From assembly GCF_004010195.1 (NCBI RefSeq), contig NC_057750.1, forward strand, positions 19,539,366 to 19,603,365: a DNA stretch of 64,000 bases. The letters run 5' to 3'. A program made the translations under genes and the position numbers. Below the pieces are notes generated by a model that was given only the letters and a program-made list of their open reading frames with translations, was not told the origin of the DNA and searched no databases. Source of the DNA: Chiloscyllium plagiosum (Eukaryota). Shown piece by piece: positions 36,291 to 50,563 of the stretch (its first letter is position 1; each line of letters begins with the position of its first letter).

Positions 36291-37240
36291 ATGTAACAAA
36301 AGAGAAGTACAGCACAGGAACAGACTCTTCGGCTTTCCCAGCCTGTGCCAATCATTGTACCTGAACAACACTAAAGAACAAAACTTTTGCCCTCATTCTG
36401 TCAGTATCCCTCTAATCTCTAACTATTCATGTAATCATCCAGATGCCTCTTAAAAGTCACCATTGTGCCTGCTTCCACCAGTTCATGTGGCAGTGTGTGC
36501 CAGGCTCCTATCACTCCCTGTGTGAAATGCTTCCCTCGCACATCTCCTTCAAAGTTGCACCCTCTCACCTTGAACGTGTACCCCCTTGTAATTGAAACTT
36601 CAATCTTGGGAAAATGTCTCTGACTATCCACGCTATCTATGCCTCTCAATTTTGTAGACCTCCATCAGGTCTCCTCGCAGCTGCTGTCTTTCCAGTGAAA
36701 ACAATCCAAGTCTTTTTAACCTTTCCCTATAGCCAATGCCCTCAAGAATAGACAACATCCTGGTGAACCTTCTCTGCATTGTCTCAAAAGCTTCCATGTT
36801 CTTCTCATCATGTGGTGATGAAAACTGCACACAGTACTCCAAATATGGGTCGAAAAATGTGGCAATGGCGAAGCACAGCAGGTCTGGCAGAATCCGAGGA
36901 GCAGGAGAATCAATGCTGCTTGAACTGCTTGCTTTTCCAGTGTCACATGTTTCGATTCTGATCTCCAGCATCTGCAGTCCTCATTTTCTCCCAAAATCTA
37001 AATGTAGCCGAACATGGTTTTAGATGGCTGCAACATGGTTTGCCAACTCCTGTACTCCATGCCCCAAACAATGAAGACAAGCATGCCATCTGCCTTCTGA
37101 ATCACGTTGCCCCTTGTAGGGAACTGTGGACCTGTATGCCCAGATCCATGTGTATGGTAATGTTCCTAAGTGTTCTGCCATTTACAGGATAATTCACACC
37201 AAAGTTTGATCGTCAATGATGCAACACCTTGCATTTGTCC
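36290..37240 (-). mobile_element. CR1 3' fragment, tail-to-tail with the preceding CR1 (paralog at 52140-52910)
   Basis: YLEYCVQFSSPH...QRRFTRML...LRGDLMEVYK; unit-A-specific PLE insert at ~36855-36995. Confidence 0.85.
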
Positions 37241-39034
37241 AGAGAATGTGAATTCATGACCTGGCACATACTCACTGTACCATCGCCCTCAAGCCAGATT
37301 AACCTTAGCTTGACTGTGAAAGGAGGAAGGTATGCAGCAGCTGAAATGCCATTAAGCATTCATAAAAGGAAGTGTCCAGCTGGTGCAGCCACAAAGTAAG
37401 GCTGAACAACGTAACAAAAGAATAAGAAGTAAGTATTAGACAGAACTAAACATCTCGACAACTGAAGACTCAGATTAAAGTTTTTCTGTCCTACTACAAT
37501 AGGCATGAATAATCCCTGACAAATACACAAATCATTAACTGAGGAGGGTTCAAGACATCTCACATTTGCAATAATGGTCATGTACCATATTATCAGTGCA
37601 AAACTTAAGGTTTTAGAATTTGAAACATGTTTCATCCAAATGTTTGGAGGAATGAACCATTTTGGAATTCTTCTGAGGTTCCCAACATTACAAATACGCA
37701 TCTTCAGCTCATTAGATTCACTCCACCTGAGTATCAAGAAAGTGCTGAAGGTAGTGAATACTGCAAATTTGAGGGACACTGACAATATTCTGATAATAAT
37801 CCTGATGTGTTACACACCACAACTGGCAATGTCCCTGGCCAAGTCCTTCGAACCCAGCATCAGTTCTGCAATTTATATGGTTGTGTTTAATCTGCTGTTG
37901 AGATCTGCTCTGCATAAATAAAAAAAATACCAATCAAACCCAGCCAGAGACTGCCCTATCAATCTAGCCATAATCATTGGTGAAATGATGGAAGAGCTTA
38001 TGAACAGTATTATCATAGAACATTACAGCACAGTACAGGCCCCTCAGCCCTCGATGTTGTGCTAACCTGTGGAACCAATCTGGAACAATTATTAGACGCT
38101 CATTGATGTTCAGTGTGGTTTCCACCAGGGCCACTGAATAAAAAATTATCTGATAACAAAATAATCTGAACTACAGCCTTGAGTTGAGAGTCACTGCCTT
38201 TGACGTTGAGGCCACACTTGACACAAATAGGAAGCTCATTATATCTGGAATCAATTAGAATTGGAGAAAATCTCTCCATTTGTTGCCGTCAAAGACCACA
38301 TAAACCAAGATGCTTATGGTTCTTCTAGCTCCTAGATATCACCATAGAAACATCTCAGAATAATGCCCAGGAGCAGGACATCTTCAGCTGCTCGTCAAAG
38401 GTTTTTTTTTGCCTATCACAAGGTCAGAACTGGATCTATTTGCTTATTGACTTCCGCAAGTCCACAAACTTGTGCACATTCTCCAAGACACTACTCAGAA
38501 TTGTGATGGAATTCCAGTTCTGGCTGGGATGAGTGCAGCTTCCCCCACTTTCAAAAATTTAATGCCATTCAAAGCAAAATAGTTGGCTTGATTGGTGCCA
38601 CAACTGTAAATGATCACCATCTTCAGCACTGATGAACAATAGTAACAGTATATTTCATACAGAAGATGAGTAGTAGAAATTCTACAAGGTTCTTTCTCAG
38701 CACTTTAAAAGCACATCAGAGTATCATGTGGAAAGACACTGGAAAATGCTGCTGACAAGATCCCATCCAAGGAAATGACCATATTGGCACAGAAATATAA
38801 TGCCATTTCTTGCCATCGCTGTGCAAACTCCTGCAGATTCCTGGCTTACGTCTTTGTGGGAGTGTCAATACCAAATTAGCTGCATTATCTCAAGAAAACA
38901 GCTCACAATCTCTGAATAAGATGAATTAGGGTTGAGCATTAAAAGTCCCCTCTTGAGTTAATCCCCCTTGCTGAATCAATAAAAAAGTTTTTTTCAGAAA
39001 TAAAAACTCAATATTTTGTTGAAATGTTTCACTT

Positions 39035-39820
39035 TAGGAAGGTAGCCCACACCCTAATGTTTCTAGCTGCTTGAAGAAGATTTAAGGTGAATATTCCAGG
39101 TGCGACACAGCTGGTCAAACCATTTCGTTTTAAACAAAACAGAATTTAGTTACGCATGAACAAAAGAAAACTGAATTGAGAATAACATAACTATTTGAAA
39201 ACCCAAACAACACAAAAACGCAACTTAACAAAGAACTGTTCTGACTACCTGCAACATCCCATAAACATACCCCTTGGCAAAGAGGTAAATTCAAACACAG
39301 GTCCTTTCAGGAGAGAGATGTCAGAGAAGGAGAGGATCATAATGGAGCTGTTTCTTTGGGTCCCCAGCTGAACCCAAAACCAAACTAGAAAATTCCCTGA
39401 ACATGGAGAGCTGGCCAATCCCATTTCATTGTTGTTGTTGTTGTTGTGTCACATGGACTGCTATCTCATTAGAAAGAAGCGACTGGTGGTGATTCAACCT
39501 GAGGGCCACCAGACCTCAGACGAGGGAAGAGGTTGAGAAGGAAAGTCCTTTATGGTAACCTTAAACAGGTGATGGGAATTGAACCCATGCTGTGGGCATC
39601 ACACTGTTCTACAAAACATGGATCCAGCCAAACGAGCTAAACTAATTCCCCATCTCATTGTACAAGTGTTTTTTTTAGGAAAGAAAACCTTTTCTGATTG
39701 TTGACTTAGAAAGCATCTGTTACCATTATTAAAGTAGCCAGTTCAGACATTTTGGCACCTCTGCCTTTGTGACCACTCTCGGTAAACAACCAAGGACAGA
39801 ATAAACTTGTTAAAGGAACA
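39035..39820 (-). mobile_element. Family A LTR containing a SINE (39433-39647) with (CAA)n tail
   Basis: LTR homology to 8650-9184; SINE flanked by the duplication CCCCAT(T/C)TCATTG. Confidence 0.75.
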
Positions 39821-40844
39821 GCGTAATCACACACATTGGAGAAACTCAGCAGATCTGACAGTATCAGTGGAGAGAGAAACAGAGTTAACGGACCCAGTCT
39901 TGACTGACTTTCTTTCAAAAGAGACAACAGAAGATATTTTTATGCCACATGAGAGAATAATAATGGAATGTGAATGCTTGCTGCATTGCCATAGCGACTA
40001 TATCAGATGATGAATGAGGGTTAATGTGAGATTTAGTTAAGGCTTAAAAGCAGGCAGTTAGACCACCATTTGTCAAGGGATTGTCCAGGGAAGTGAACAA
40101 GAGAATGAATGTACTGCATTTTGTTGAGTACAAGTAGGCATAGTTTGTATCTTTTCCATCCGTCTATGAAGAATACAAGTACTTATATTCATACACGTAA
40201 TTTCCAGTACATCCAACTGCACTGCAAGATCAGCTAGACCAGTTAAATACTTTGGTTGCCAGCACTCTTTCATGCACTCAGGATTATTTAGCAGATGTTC
40301 ATCATTCTGAAATCTCACCCAATATTGGTCACTGAGTTTTGAGCTTTTCAGCTGATCACAGCCAACTTCCTGTGTGTCACAAAGATCCAGAGAGAAATGC
40401 TGTTTGAAATAATTGAATTAATATCTGATACATAATAACAATTAAAGTGCTAAGGGCAATTTTTGGTACAAGGTCTGAGACAGTCGGTCCTGAAATTGTC
40501 AGGTTTCCATGTATTTGAAACTATTCAGAGCACTCTGAACATTTTTAGAGAGGGGAAAATAGCATTTGTTTTTGCTCAGTACTGCATTCAACAGATTTAT
40601 TTGTTAAAATGCTATGAGTTAAGTCACACTAAATGATATGATATCACAAAGCACTGTGCTGCATTAATCAGTCAAATATTGCAGTCAATATTGGGATGTA
40701 TAAAGTTTCTGTAATTCATCAGTTCGTGTTAATGATTAAAATGGGATGATGGTAGTGTGCATATTCAGTGCATAAAAATCGTCAGTGTTCAGTTGGATCT
40801 AGTGGAGGCGAATATCAGTGCTGTAGTTTCATTAATAGTTTAAT

Positions 40845-42290
40845 AAGTACTTTGCATCAGTCTTCACAGTGGAAGACATGAGTAATATCCCAACAATTAA
40901 AGGGAGTCAGGGGGCTGAGTTGAGTATGGTTGCCTTTACAAAAGAGAAAGTGCTAGACAGCTAAAAGGTCTTAAAATTGATAAATCTCCTGGCCCCGATG
41001 GGCTACACCCTAGAGTTCTGAGGGAGGTGGCTGAGGAAATAGCGGAGGCGTTGGTTGAGATCTTTCAAAAGTCACTGGAGTCAGGGAAAGTCCCGGATGA
41101 TTGGAAGATCGCTGTTGTAACCCCCTTGTTCAAGAAAGAATCAAGNNNNNNNNNNNNNNNNNNNNNNNNNNNNNNNNNNNNNNNNNNNNNNNNNNNNNNN
41201 NNNNNNNNNNNNNNNNNNNNNNNNNNNNNNNNNNNNNNNNNNNNNNNNNNNNNNNNNNNNNNNNNNNNNNNNNNNNNNNNNNNNNNNNNNNNNNNNNNNN
41301 NNNNNNNNNNNNNNNNNNNNNNNNNNNNNNNNNNNNNNNNNNNNNNNNNNNNNNNNNNNNNNNNNNNNNNNNNNNNNNNNNNNNNNNNNNNNNNNNNNNN
41401 NNNNNNNNNNNNNNNNNNNNNNNNNNNNNNNNNNNNNNNNNNNNNNNNNNNNNNNNNNNNNNNNNNNNNNNNNNNNNNNNNNNNNNNNNCAAATGTGAGG
41501 TCTTGCACTTTGGAAAAAAGAATACAAGCATGGACTACTTTCTAAACGGTGAGAAAATTCGTAAAAGCCAAAGTACAGAGGGATCTGGGAGTGCTAGTTG
41601 AGGATTCTCTATAGGTAAACATGCAGGTTGGGTCCGTGATTAAGAAAGCGAATGCAATGTTGTCAGTTATCTCAAGAGGGTTGGAATATAAAAGCACCGT
41701 TGTGCTACTGAGACTTTAAAAAGCTCTGGTTAGGCCCCATTTGGAGTACTGTGTCCAGTTTTGGTCCCCACACCTCAGGAAGGATATACTGGCACTGAAG
41801 CGTGTCCAGCGGCGATTCACACGGATGATCCCTGCAATGGTAGGTTTAACATATGAGGAACGGCTTAGGATCCTGGGATTGTATTCATTGGAGTTTAGAA
41901 GAATAAGGGGAGATCTGATAGAAACTTACAAGATAATACATGGCTTGGAGAGGGTGGACGCTAGGAAATTGTTTCCGTTAGGCGAGGAGACCAGGACTCG
42001 TGGATACAGCCTTAGAATTAGAGGGGGTAAATTTAGAACAGAAATGCAGAGACATTTCTTCAGCCAGAGAGTGGTGGGCCTGTGGAATTCATTGCCGCAG
42101 AGTGCAGTGGAGGCTGGCACGCTAAATGTCTTCAAGGCAGAAATTGATAAATTCTTGACGTCACAAGGAATTAACGGCTACGGGGAGAGTGCGGGTAAGT
42201 GGAGTTGAAATGCCCATCAGCCATGATTGAATGGCGGAGAGGACTCGATGGGCCAAATGGCCTTACTTCCGCTCCTATGTCTTATGGTCT
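40845..42290 (+). mobile_element. Young CR1 3' part, unit-A-specific, spanning gap 41146-41489
   Basis: KSPGPDGLHPRVL...; ORF 41741-42208 is the CR1 C-terminus; tail TCTTATGGTCTTAT. Confidence 0.9.
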
Positions 42291-42454
42291 TATCTGCACA
42301 CGTTGGGGTAGCACTGATAGTGCTTCAGTATTATGCGGGAGTTAGTCAAGTATTACAGGATGTACATTCAGGTCTTCAATTTTCCGTTTCTCTGAACAGT
42401 TTTGGACAATATCGAATGCTTGTGATCCTTCAAATTGTTGAATGCACGTTTGGT

Positions 42455-42624
42455 GTAAAACATTGTAAAGTGAACATGTTTGTTCAGTGACTGTAATCAA
42501 TTCCAGTCTCCATGGGCTGGGGCTTCCTCAGCAGGATAAAACCTCTGTCGCTTCCTGGTAGTTGCACACACTCTCTGGAGTCCCGACCGATGACTAAAGT
42601 GGAGAATCTCCTGATTGTAAAATA
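42455..42624 (+). promoter_or_regulatory. Conserved upstream block of GPCR copy A
   Basis: About 4 mismatches over ~160 bp versus 56551-56720. Confidence 0.55.
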
Positions 42625-45600
42625 ATGAACTGGAGTCTAATCTTCCAAATAGAAGATGTTCTTTATAATTCCCAAAAGGTATACTACCCTCTACTCCCCA
42701 CTATTTCAATTCCAAGTAAGCCTTTTTATACAATTATCCATGGTATTAACTATATATTGTTGTTATTCTGCCTGCCATTCTATGGATGTTATGAAATACA
42801 TGGTGTGCTGTACCTGCTGTACATGGAGTTTTTAAAATTGGTTTTCATTTAAATTTAAACAGAAATCTTCATATTCAGTTTTGTCTTTTAAAACTTTCAA
42901 AATGTATCACACTTGTGATTGCTTTATCAGTTTGGATTTCTATTTCAATGGAATGCACAGTTTATTGAGATTCAATGAACGTAGTTTGTCTGTACAGGAA
43001 ACCTTTGTGTGCTGCAAATTGCTAAAGCCAGTGTTTGGCACTATTAGTTTTCCAGTGCACCAAGCTTCATAACACTTTTTCAATTTCCATTATTCAAATA
43101 TTCACAAGCGACTGTTGAAATGCTTGGTATTAATCAGACACTAATTAAATTGTCTGCAAGCTGAGACAACTATAGAATCTACCAGCAATGACGAAGATAC
43201 TGAATAACCAGATTTTTAAGACTGCTTTCTGAAACTCAATATAAATAGTTTGATGCAGAATCTTTGTAATCTGTTAGTATTTACAAAAACAAAAGTTCCA
43301 CGACTGTCAGAGAATCTGTGGAGAACGTATGTTTTTAGAACAACAATATTACTTTATCTACATTGTGGTGGTTGGAGAAGATAACTTACTGTTGCCTTTC
43401 TAAATGCAATTAGATGTTAGATATAAATGCAAACTAATCTAGTGGAGCAATAGAAAGAACAGAATTACTATATTGCTAATATTACTAATATAACTGTTGG
43501 AGTAGCAACAATACTTATATTTCTCACCGGAAATCTGCAAATTTATATTGAACCCATGTAATTTGGAAAATTTTGTAAATACGTTGGGCAACGTATTAAT
43601 CCTTACACATGATGTTTAGTATATTTTCTTTTGCAAACATCATCCTTTGAATATTTGCTAAAATTCTTGGAGGATGCACGTCATTGATTCTTCCCAAGTT
43701 TACTGTGTGCACAATGCATCCATTGTCTTATTTCTTAGAGTTAATGCTTCAGTATTTCCACAGAGTATTTGGATAAACCCACTATCTTCAGAAATAACAG
43801 CGTTTCTTTGGAGTTTATGGAAAAACTTTGCATTGTGCTATTATGAACAATCTCTAAGAGTGCTTCAGTATTTGCACCTGACACATAAACTGTTGGTCTT
43901 TACAGGATGTTTCTAAATGTTTACATCCATTTACATTATATTGCTCAGTGAATTTGACCAGTAATGACAGAAGGTCATTTTCATGCATGTGCAATGAACC
44001 TCACTAGAACTTTAACTGTAAATAATGTGACAGATTAAAGTCGAGGTGAAGATCAAAACATGATATTCATGCATTCCAAATTTCAAGTTGTTAATGAACA
44101 CCTTGCAGCATTTTTCATGTGTCTGAAATAAATGTAACTGACATTAATTGGAGAAACCATTCAACCTAACAAAGTGTGCAGAGACTAGTATCAGCATTTA
44201 CACCGATTTGAGTCTGGATATTTTGTGAAATGTGCAAATACTGCACATTCTGTGTACAGAATCAAACTTCTCAGCCAGGTTTTCCTCGATAGCTTGCTGT
44301 AAATAGGGACAAGCAGATACAATGAAAAGATTGAACAGAAGTGATGTATTTTAAAATATTTTTCTTCTGTTAATTACATTTATTTTTGCATTGTTTAGCC
44401 ACAATGTAGGCTTCAGTTAAAAGTTGTCTCAAATGGGAAGGCTTTGCATGAGTATAAAGTTAACATCCTAAATTTGGATCAAAAAGGAAACACCTTGGTA
44501 CGGGAGAAGTTTATGAATTTCTAAAGGACTGGATAGGATTCTGGGCTTTAAATACAGAGAAATAGAAAACAAAATTGAAAGCTTATTAACCAGACTAGGG
44601 GGAATTGCTTCTGAAAAATACCTAATTCAGTGATGACTGTCATTATAATCAGATGGCACACCTTTGGAGATCTGTAAGTTCTTTGCAAGTGATCAAACAC
44701 ATGACAAGTAGCAACAGAGCAGAAAAAGTTTTTTTTTCTACTGGTGACCAAGGTGATACTGAAAGAATGCTGTTTCAGGGATAATAACAAGGTTGACAAT
44801 GGACAACACAAACAAGGGAACTGCTCTCACATTACAGAGAGAAGCTGGTGGTGGTTTCACTGCATCTTGGGCATTGGAAGACATTGAGAAAGAGGGAGCT
44901 TCATGGTAAACACAGCCAGTCTCAGAACTGAACAAGCACTGTTAGCATCACTGTTAGCATCATCCATGCACCCAACTGATCTAACCGCTGCTGACAACAT
45001 GTAGGAGAGAGAGGGGTATCTGTGGTGCAGATCTTTTACTCATAGCTTGTAATCACAACCTGAGAAGACAAGGAGAACCAGTTTAATGGTTCTTTCTAAA
45101 AGACAATTATCTTGAAGGTCACAAGTAAAGCAGTGAGATTAGGACTGACTATATCTGTTAAAAGTGGTCAAAATGCATGATTTCACTAGCTCTTCATCAA
45201 TCTTCGGTGTTTTGTTTTATTGTTCAAGTGCTAATAATCTTTTGCCTATTTATATGACAGTTAACATCCTGATGGTGGTGATCATTTCATGGAGCAACTG
45301 TGGTCTTTCCAGATGTGTCACTTCCTACCGAGTGGCCATGGCAGCAGTTGATCTAATATTGATCTAATTTTGAGGCAGATTCCAATTACATATTGGAGAC
45401 AGTTTACCGTTCTTTGGCATGTCCACATTTGTAATATCCATGCTGTCTTGCTTTATGCCAGCACAGATTGTTCTGTGTGGCTCACTATCAGTTTCACCTT
45501 TGATAGATTTGTGGCAATTTGTTGTCAGAAGCAGAAAATCAAGTATTGCACACGAAAAAAACCTGCAATTATTATCATTGGAATAGTAACCATGTCCAGC

Positions 45601-46160
45601 TGCTTCAAAAATATTTTCTGGTATTTTTTGTTCCAAAGCGTCTACACATTACCAATGCCCCATGGTTCTGCTATGCAAGATGGTGGGTTCTGTACTCAAA
45701 GCTGTGGATTGTTGTCGAACTGCTTCATTATATTCTGAACTCTTCTGTGCCATTTGCCACAATACTGCTGCTTAATGCCTTGATTGTTAGGTGTATTTTA
45801 TTGGCCAGCAGAGCACGCAGAAGAATCCGGAGTGACAGCAGTGGAGGAAGCCCCAGAGATCCAGAGTTGCAGAACAGAAGAAAATCCATTATTTTATTGT
45901 GTGCTATCTCTGGGAATTTCATCCTCTTACGGGCAATATTTATGTTATATTACATGTAGCGTCGTATGTTACATTTGGGATATCGGTACGTATATCTACC
46001 GCCTTTTGTACGAGAGCTCGGATTGATGCTTCAGCTCCTGAGTTGTTGCACAAATACTTGTATATATGCAGTGACCCAGAATAAACTCAGAATACAGATA
46101 ACAAATGCATTAATGTATCCTTTTGCTGTACTGTTCAAATATATTAAATTTACAAAATAA
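42625..46160 (+). pseudogene. GPR139/GPR142-like GPCR pseudogene (exon 1 42625-42715, exon 2 45261-46160)
   Basis: Paralog of copy B with GT-AG sites intact; net 10-bp deletion at ~45355, 1-bp deletion at ~45654, TGG>TAG at 45957-45959. Confidence 0.88.
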
Positions 46161-47034
46161 TGGATTTTCTTGCCTGCAAGTACATGGGTTTTCTTTTGTC
46201 TGATCTGCTGAGGTTTGATGCACATGGGTGAGTTGTTTATATGTTTGGTTTTTAAATGTAATCTAATCTAATCTAAAAAAAAAAAAAAAAAAAAAATTGG
46301 GATGTTCCAGGTTCCCAGTCCATTCCTGGCCCGTCATAAGAATTTCTTATCTAAGAACAAGGCATCTCTCAAATGCAACAATATAGAAATCTTGAATTTT
46401 CTTTCTCATAGAGGTTACATATTCCAAAACACGGTTCTGAAGCAAATTCGAAGCATTATTTATGAAGTCCTGGTCAATCTACATTCTTCAAATCAACATT
46501 GCAATCATGTTTTGTGGGTTAAAATACAACAACGCCATGCTTCGAATATGTTCCACTGGTTGTGAACCACTGTGTTGACACTTTGGAAGTGAATAGTGCC
46601 ATATAAACCTTTACCATCTATGATCTGTGGAATGTGTTTTCTGCTGACTGTATCACTATCTCTTCAACTAAAACACAAACATGGAGGTTTATGACTTCTA
46701 ATGTAGGAGTCTGAATTTATAATAAAAATTAATCTGGGGGAGTTCTGTAATAATGAAACAGCCATTAGCCTCTGTGTGACGTTTCCGATGAGTAGGCCAG
46801 CGTGAATATTTTCTGGGCTCAGTCAAAATGTTGTCACCTTGATGTTTTATTTACATTTTACAAGTGACTGGGTGTTTCTTCCGCAGCACGACTCACAGCA
46901 TATGCACACTTTGCCAGCATTGACTAATGCTGGAAAGTGGGTTAATGCATGAGACGCAGAGAATGACTTAGCAGTTAAAAGAGATAAAAGGCAGGTCAAC
47001 TAAACTGATCACCTACATTTCCGCACTTAACACT

Positions 47035-48477
47035 CATAGAGTCATAGGGATGTACAGCATGGAAACAGACCATTCGGTCCAACCCGTCCATGCCGACCAG
47101 ATATCCCAACCCTATCTAGTCCCACCTGCCAGTGACCGGCCCATATCCCTCCAAACCCTTCCTATTCATATACCCATCCAAATGCCTCTTAAATGTTGCA
47201 ATTGTACCAGCCTCCACCACATCATCTAGCAGCTCATTCCATACACATACCGCCCTCTGTGTGAAAACGTTGCCCTTTAGGTCTCTTTTATATCTTTCCC
47301 CTCTCACCCTAAACCTATGCCCTCTAGTTCTTGACTCCATGATTCCAGGGAAAATACTTTGTCTATTTATCCTATCCATGCCTCTCATAATTTTTTAAAC
47401 CTCTATAAGGTCACCCCTCAGCCTCCGACGCTCCAAGGAAAACAGCCTCTCCCTGTAGCTCAGATCCTCCAACCCCGGCAACATCCTTGTAAATCTTTTC
47501 TGAACCCTTTCAAGTTTCAAAACATCTTTCCAATAGAAAGGAGACCAGAATTGCACACAATATTCCAACAGTGGCCTAACCAATGTCCTATACAGCTGGA
47601 ACATGACCTCTCAACTCCTGTACTCAATACTCTGACCAATAAAGGAAAGCATACCAACCTCCTTCTTTGCTATCCTATCTACCTGCAACTCCACTTTCAA
47701 GGAGCTATGAACCTGCACTCCAAGGTGCAGGTTCAGCAACACTCCCTAGGAACTTACCATTAAGTGTATAAGTCCTCCTAAGATTTGCTTTCCCAAAATG
47801 CAGCACCTCACATTTATCTGAATTAAACTCCATCTGCCACTTCTCAGCCCATTGGCCCATCTGGTCAAGATCCTGTTGTAATTTGAGGTAACCNNNNNNN
47901 NNNNNNNNNNNNNNNNNNNNNNNNNNNNNNNNNNNNNNNNNNNNNNNNNNNNNNNNNNNNNNNNNNNNNNNNNNNNNNNNNNNNNNNNNNNNNNNNNNNN
48001 NNNNNNNNNNNNNNNNNNNNNNNNNNNNNNNNNNNNNNNNNNNNNNNNNNNNNNNNNNNNNNNNNNNNNNNNNNNNNNNNNNNNNNNNNNNNNNNNNNNN
48101 NNNNNNNNNNNNNNNNNNNNNNNNNNNNNNNNNNNNNNNNNNNNNNNNNNNNNNNNNNNNNNNNNNNNNNNNNNNNNNNNNNNNNNNNNNNNNNNNNNNN
48201 NNNNNNNNNNNNNNNNNNNNNNNNNNNNNNNNNNNNNNNNNNNNNNNNNNNNNNNNNNNNNNNNNNNNNNNNNNNNNNNNNNNNNNNNNNNNNNNNNNNN
48301 NNNTACACCTGATCAGGTCCTGGGGATTTAGCCACCTTTAACCGTTTCAAGACATCCAGCACTTCCTCCTTTGTAATCTGGACATTTTGCAAGATGTCAC
48401 CATCTATTTCCCTACTGTCTATATCTTCCATATCCTTTTCCACAGTAAATATTGATGCAAAATATTCATTTAGTATT
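47035..48477 (-). mobile_element. CR1, unit-A-specific, spanning gap 47894-48303
   Basis: Reverse complement of the 11700-13379 subfamily; empty site in unit B at ~62568. Confidence 0.9.
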
Positions 48478-50225
48478 CAATTGCGAATTGCACGGGATTC
48501 CTTTGTGAAAATATGAATCGGCTTCTGGCGTTCAGTTACACTTAGAGTGTACAGTGGCGCCAAGATAATGCACTTGTACTGACAAAATTGCGCTGCAGGA
48601 TCTCCTTCAGGAATGCTGCAATTGCCGTTAGCTCTACCCAATCATCTTGCGCTCTCCTCTTTTGTCCCAGTCTTGTGGTGAGGCAAACGGTAGCTCTCCA
48701 GTGATACCAATACATCGCAAGGTTGCAATCCTCATTTCTCACACACTCTCACAGCATTTGTATATACACCTTATGTATCCCCACAAGGGGTTACACAACA
48801 GTTCTTCTGAGTTGTAGATGGGGAAAAGTGTTGTGACACAAATAGCAGTTGCGGCACCACTGCTGGCCACAACTTACACTGATCATTCCGACATCGGTAA
48901 CATCACCATTTTCCAAACTTTGTGAATGACAATGACTGATGCCAATGCAAATAAATGTTAATAGGAACTTGAGCAGAGGACCAGAAGAGAAGGAACTCCA
49001 CCGACTGAAATTAATGCAGAGAAATGTCTGGTGAGGAATATCATTTTCAAACAACCTAAAAGAGTGCATGTTCTGCACGCAGTCACACGATTAACTGCAA
49101 AGAGAATGGTGGACGATTGATGTTTGTTGTTCACAATGTGACAAGCGCAGGAATATTGCAACCAGACAACAAAGTATGATTGCACGCTGTGAGAGAATGT
49201 GAGAAGAGAGGATTTCAATCTTGTGATGTATTGGTATCAGTTCTGCGTCACTAGTTGCAAGTCAGCACAAAATGGCATTTTAGCTGAAAGTTGAGAGCAA
49301 ATTCTGACTTCCTGATTTTTTTCTGCGTAAACGTATGCGTGCAAGATAATATAATACATGCTGCATTTATACATAGCAAAGGGCTTGTGCTACTTCTTGA
49401 AGATTTCGTGTTCCCTTGTATTTCTAAACAATAAATTTTCCCCCGAGGCAAGAAAGTGGTTGTTGTACTGTATTGCAGTCTCTGCTAAATCCTCACATCA
49501 ATGCGGACAGTTATTTTGTTTAGTCAACAGGACACTGTTATTGGACGTTCGATTAATTGTAAGTTTAATAATTGTTTTGATTGGAGCATTGTGAAAACGA
49601 AGCACACAGACAGGCATTGTTTTTAAAATGCAGATCCAGATGTAAACTGGAAGTCAAGGCAGAATTCAGGAGAGCAAATTCGGTTCCGGATTGGGGACAG
49701 TGGAGACGGATGTGTTGGGGGAGGAGGAGTTGGGGGGGAGGGGGGCGGATGTTGGTGGGAGGGTCATTTTGGTGGGTTTTTGCTAATGTTGGTCTCGGGA
49801 ATAGGCTATCTGGCACATAAGGACAGGAGCCAATTTGAAACCAGAAGGCATTGAGTTGGAATTACAGGCGGAAACTCGGATGTCCAGAAAGCATGTGGGT
49901 TCATAGAAGATGAGAATGAGGAATGCGAATAATGCTTATCAGCCTGTATTAAGGGCTTCTCAGTTGAATGAGAGACTTAGCTTGCAATGCTCCAGCCAGG
50001 AAAACACTTCTGACTCGGAGGGGTATGTAGGCACGTCTAGAAACTGGAATATTGCAGGGGAGATGGATGGATAAAGAATGGAGAGATGGATGGATAGCAT
50101 CAAGACTGAAAGACAACAGAAATATTGCTTCAAATATTGGACTGACAGGCAACCGGTACTGGAGTTATTCATAGAATTCACTAAGAATTTGGTAGCAGTA
50201 ATTCACACTAGCATAAGGAAATAGA

Positions 50226-50563
50226 TTCTGGATCAGTGGTGCTGGAAGAGCACAGCAATTCAGGCAGCATCCGACGAGCAGCAAAATCGACGTTTCGGGC
50301 AAAAGCCCTTCATCAGGAATAAAGGCAGAGAGCCTGAAGCATGGAGAGATAAGCTAGAGGAGGGTGGGGAGAAAGCTCCCCACCCCCACCCTCCTCTAGC
50401 TTATCTCTCCATGCTTCAGGCTCTCTGCCTTTATTCCTGATGAAGGGCTTTTGCCCAAAAAGTCGATTTTGCTGCTCGTCGGATGCTGCCTGAACTGCTG
50501 TGCTCTTCCAGCACCATTGATCCAGAATCTGGTTTCCAGCATCTGCAGTCATTGTTTTTACCT
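50226..50563. mobile_element. Palindromic PLE-derived element with hammerheads on both strands
   Basis: ~145-bp inverted arms (50223-50369 and ~50384-50530); intact core on the minus strand at 50286-50320, mutated core on the plus strand at 50433-50467; 14-bp TSD CATAAGGAAATAGA at 50212-50225 and 50564-50577. Confidence 0.88.

Noticed and set aside
37360..37785. Paired minus-strand ORFs (141 aa here, 160 aa at 53023-53505) suggesting a conserved gene
   Set aside because: They are antisense to a decayed LINE remnant; their similarity follows from the segmental duplication, and one is extended by a templated insertion.
41027..41601. Long ORFs spanning N runs (also 47865-48443)
   Set aside because: Artifacts of assembly gaps within CR1 copies.
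48480..49250. Possible ancient Harbinger/PIF transposase remnant (paralog 62570-63550)
   Set aside because: Only a faint CC..HN-like hint across frameshifts; no DDE motifs or TIRs could be established.
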